Positions 63,043-64,000 of a stretch of DNA of 64,000 nucleotides are shown one piece after another (within the stretch, counting starts at the first letter, position 1; every line of letters starts with the position of its first letter). The DNA comes from an uncultured Planctomycetaceae bacterium. GTDB lineage: Bacteria > Planctomycetota > Planctomycetia > Isosphaerales > Isosphaeraceae. Under the pieces are notes generated by a model. It did not search any database and was not told the DNA's origin. It saw nothing but the letters and a program-made list of their open reading frames with translations. The DNA lies in contig CAWIAD010000001.1 of the NCBI GenBank assembly GCA_963833985.1, forward strand, positions 3,232,001-3,296,000, read 5' to 3'. A program made the position numbers and the translations under genes.

Positions 63043-63090
63043 CGAGTCGCGAGTGAATCGTGGCCAGTGGGGAATGGTGAGGGTGAGTGG
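63043..63090. repeat. Degenerate heptamer tandem repeat
   Basis: Minus strand reads CCACTCA CCCTCA CCATTCC CCACTGG CCACGAT TCACTCG CGACTCG. Confidence 0.5.
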
Positions 63091-63163
63091 CGCATGCACG
63101 AATAACCAATGACGCGTGCGATGGGCGTTCCTCTACCCATTGCAAACCCGGAGGGACCGTTCC

Positions 63164-64000
63164 ATGGATTCGAACACACGGCAGGACGTTCGACGCTCGA
63201 CATTCGCGGGCCTGATTGGCCTGGGCGTCGGCGTCGGGCTGTCTGGCGTGCTCGCGTACGTCTTCGTCGGCCCGGCGGCGCTTCCGCCCGCCCTCGGCTT
63301 CAAGACGGCCGGTCAGCTTCCGAGGGCGCCCGTGGACGAGCCGGACGCGGCGAAGCGGGACGAACAGGCGCGGCGGACGGCCGACGCCTTCCTGGACGGA
63401 CTCGTCAAGAAGGACGCCGTCGCGTTGGCCTCGGTCTGTGGACACCCATTCCTGTGGGGCCGCCTGGACAGGCAGCGCGTGATCGATAACCCGGCCGAAC
63501 TCCGCCGCTGCTTTTCCGACGAGCTATTGCAGGGTTGGGAGCCGAAGATGTACGCGCCCCAGCGGAAATGGTCACCCTCACTCGTCCCGTCCGCGTTTTT
63601 CGACCGATTCGCCGATCACTTCGACGTCATGCCACGGGTCAAGGAGCAACTCGACGCGCTCCGCCTCAAGCCGTCCGACCGGATGATCGTGGACGAGGAA
63701 AGGGGGATGCTGATCGCGGTCCGCGCGACGGCGGATGGCCCGCGCGTGATCGCCCTCGTGCTCGGCGGGTTCCAGCCCCCGCCGTTCCGGCTGACGCGTG
63801 ACGTCATCTACGGCCGCAAGTTCGGGACGGCGCTGACGCTCGACCTGGTTCAGCCGAAGAAAGCGGGCAACCGGGCCGCCGTGCTCCAGCTCGTCAGCGA
63901 CACGTTTACCTCGGGGAAGGAGCCCATCTCGAACACGCTTTTCGCACGCCATCAGGGGCTAATCGATCTCGGCTACACCCTCGTGTTCGTCACCCATTCG
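63164..64000 (+). CDS. Membrane-anchored protein leading into an alpha/beta hydrolase domain (partial, runs off window end)
   Basis: Open frame from ATG 63164 (GGAGG RBS); TM helix; DVIYGRKFGTALTLDL..P...AVL..VS ... GYT.V.V.H. Confidence 0.7.
   Translation, partial: MDSNTRQDVRRSTFAGLIGLGVGVGLSGVLAYVFVGPAALPPALGFKTAGQLPRAPVDEPDAAKRDEQARRTADAFLDGLVKKDAVALASVCGHPFLWGRLDRQRVIDNPAELRRCFSDELLQGWEPKMYAPQRKWSPSLVPSAFFDRFADHFDVMPRVKEQLDALRLKPSDRMIVDEERGMLIAVRATADGPRVIALVLGGFQPPPFRLTRDVIYGRKFGTALTLDLVQPKKAGNRAAVLQLVSDTFTSGKEPISNTLFARHQGLIDLGYTLVFVTHS

Noticed and set aside
1..64000. tRNA, rRNA, transposase, integrase or prophage genes
   Set aside because: None recognised by eye on either strand.

Overview
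High-GC chromosomal window that looks like a Planctomycetota genome, probably Isosphaeraceae-like. Evidence: a Planc_extracel-type 'PLESRRLLS' N-terminus, DUF1800/DUF1501, two BlaI-M56 pairs with carboxypeptidase-regulatory repeats and an 'FGLLALQNG' Ser/Thr kinase. About 15 apparent single-base frameshifts, including in zwf, galK and phoU, point to long-read indel errors rather than gene decay. Most genes are ordinary: metK, galK, lnt, phoU, zwf-opcA, glpG, GT2, GH88, an MscS-family channel, a PilT paralogue and a nitrilase. Two accessory spots stand out. (1) 2743-4486 is a lower-GC, translationally coupled gene pair: a small two-His, toxin-like protein plus a large partner ending in an ImmA/IrrE-like domain whose HExxH motif is broken. 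It directly follows, in frame, a fragment of a Ser/Thr kinase gene. (2) 46660-48900 holds an orphan integron cassette (VOC gene + attC, no integrase), then an operon with a near-consensus promoter encoding an EVE/ASCH-like domain with an antitoxin-like tail plus a PIN toxin. Other observations: distinct operators for the two BlaI paralogues, a structured metK leader, a possible small-RNA unit at 25.9-26.2 kb and an intergenic repeat element at 14.6-14.9 kb. All family assignments come from motif recognition by eye; no database searches were run.
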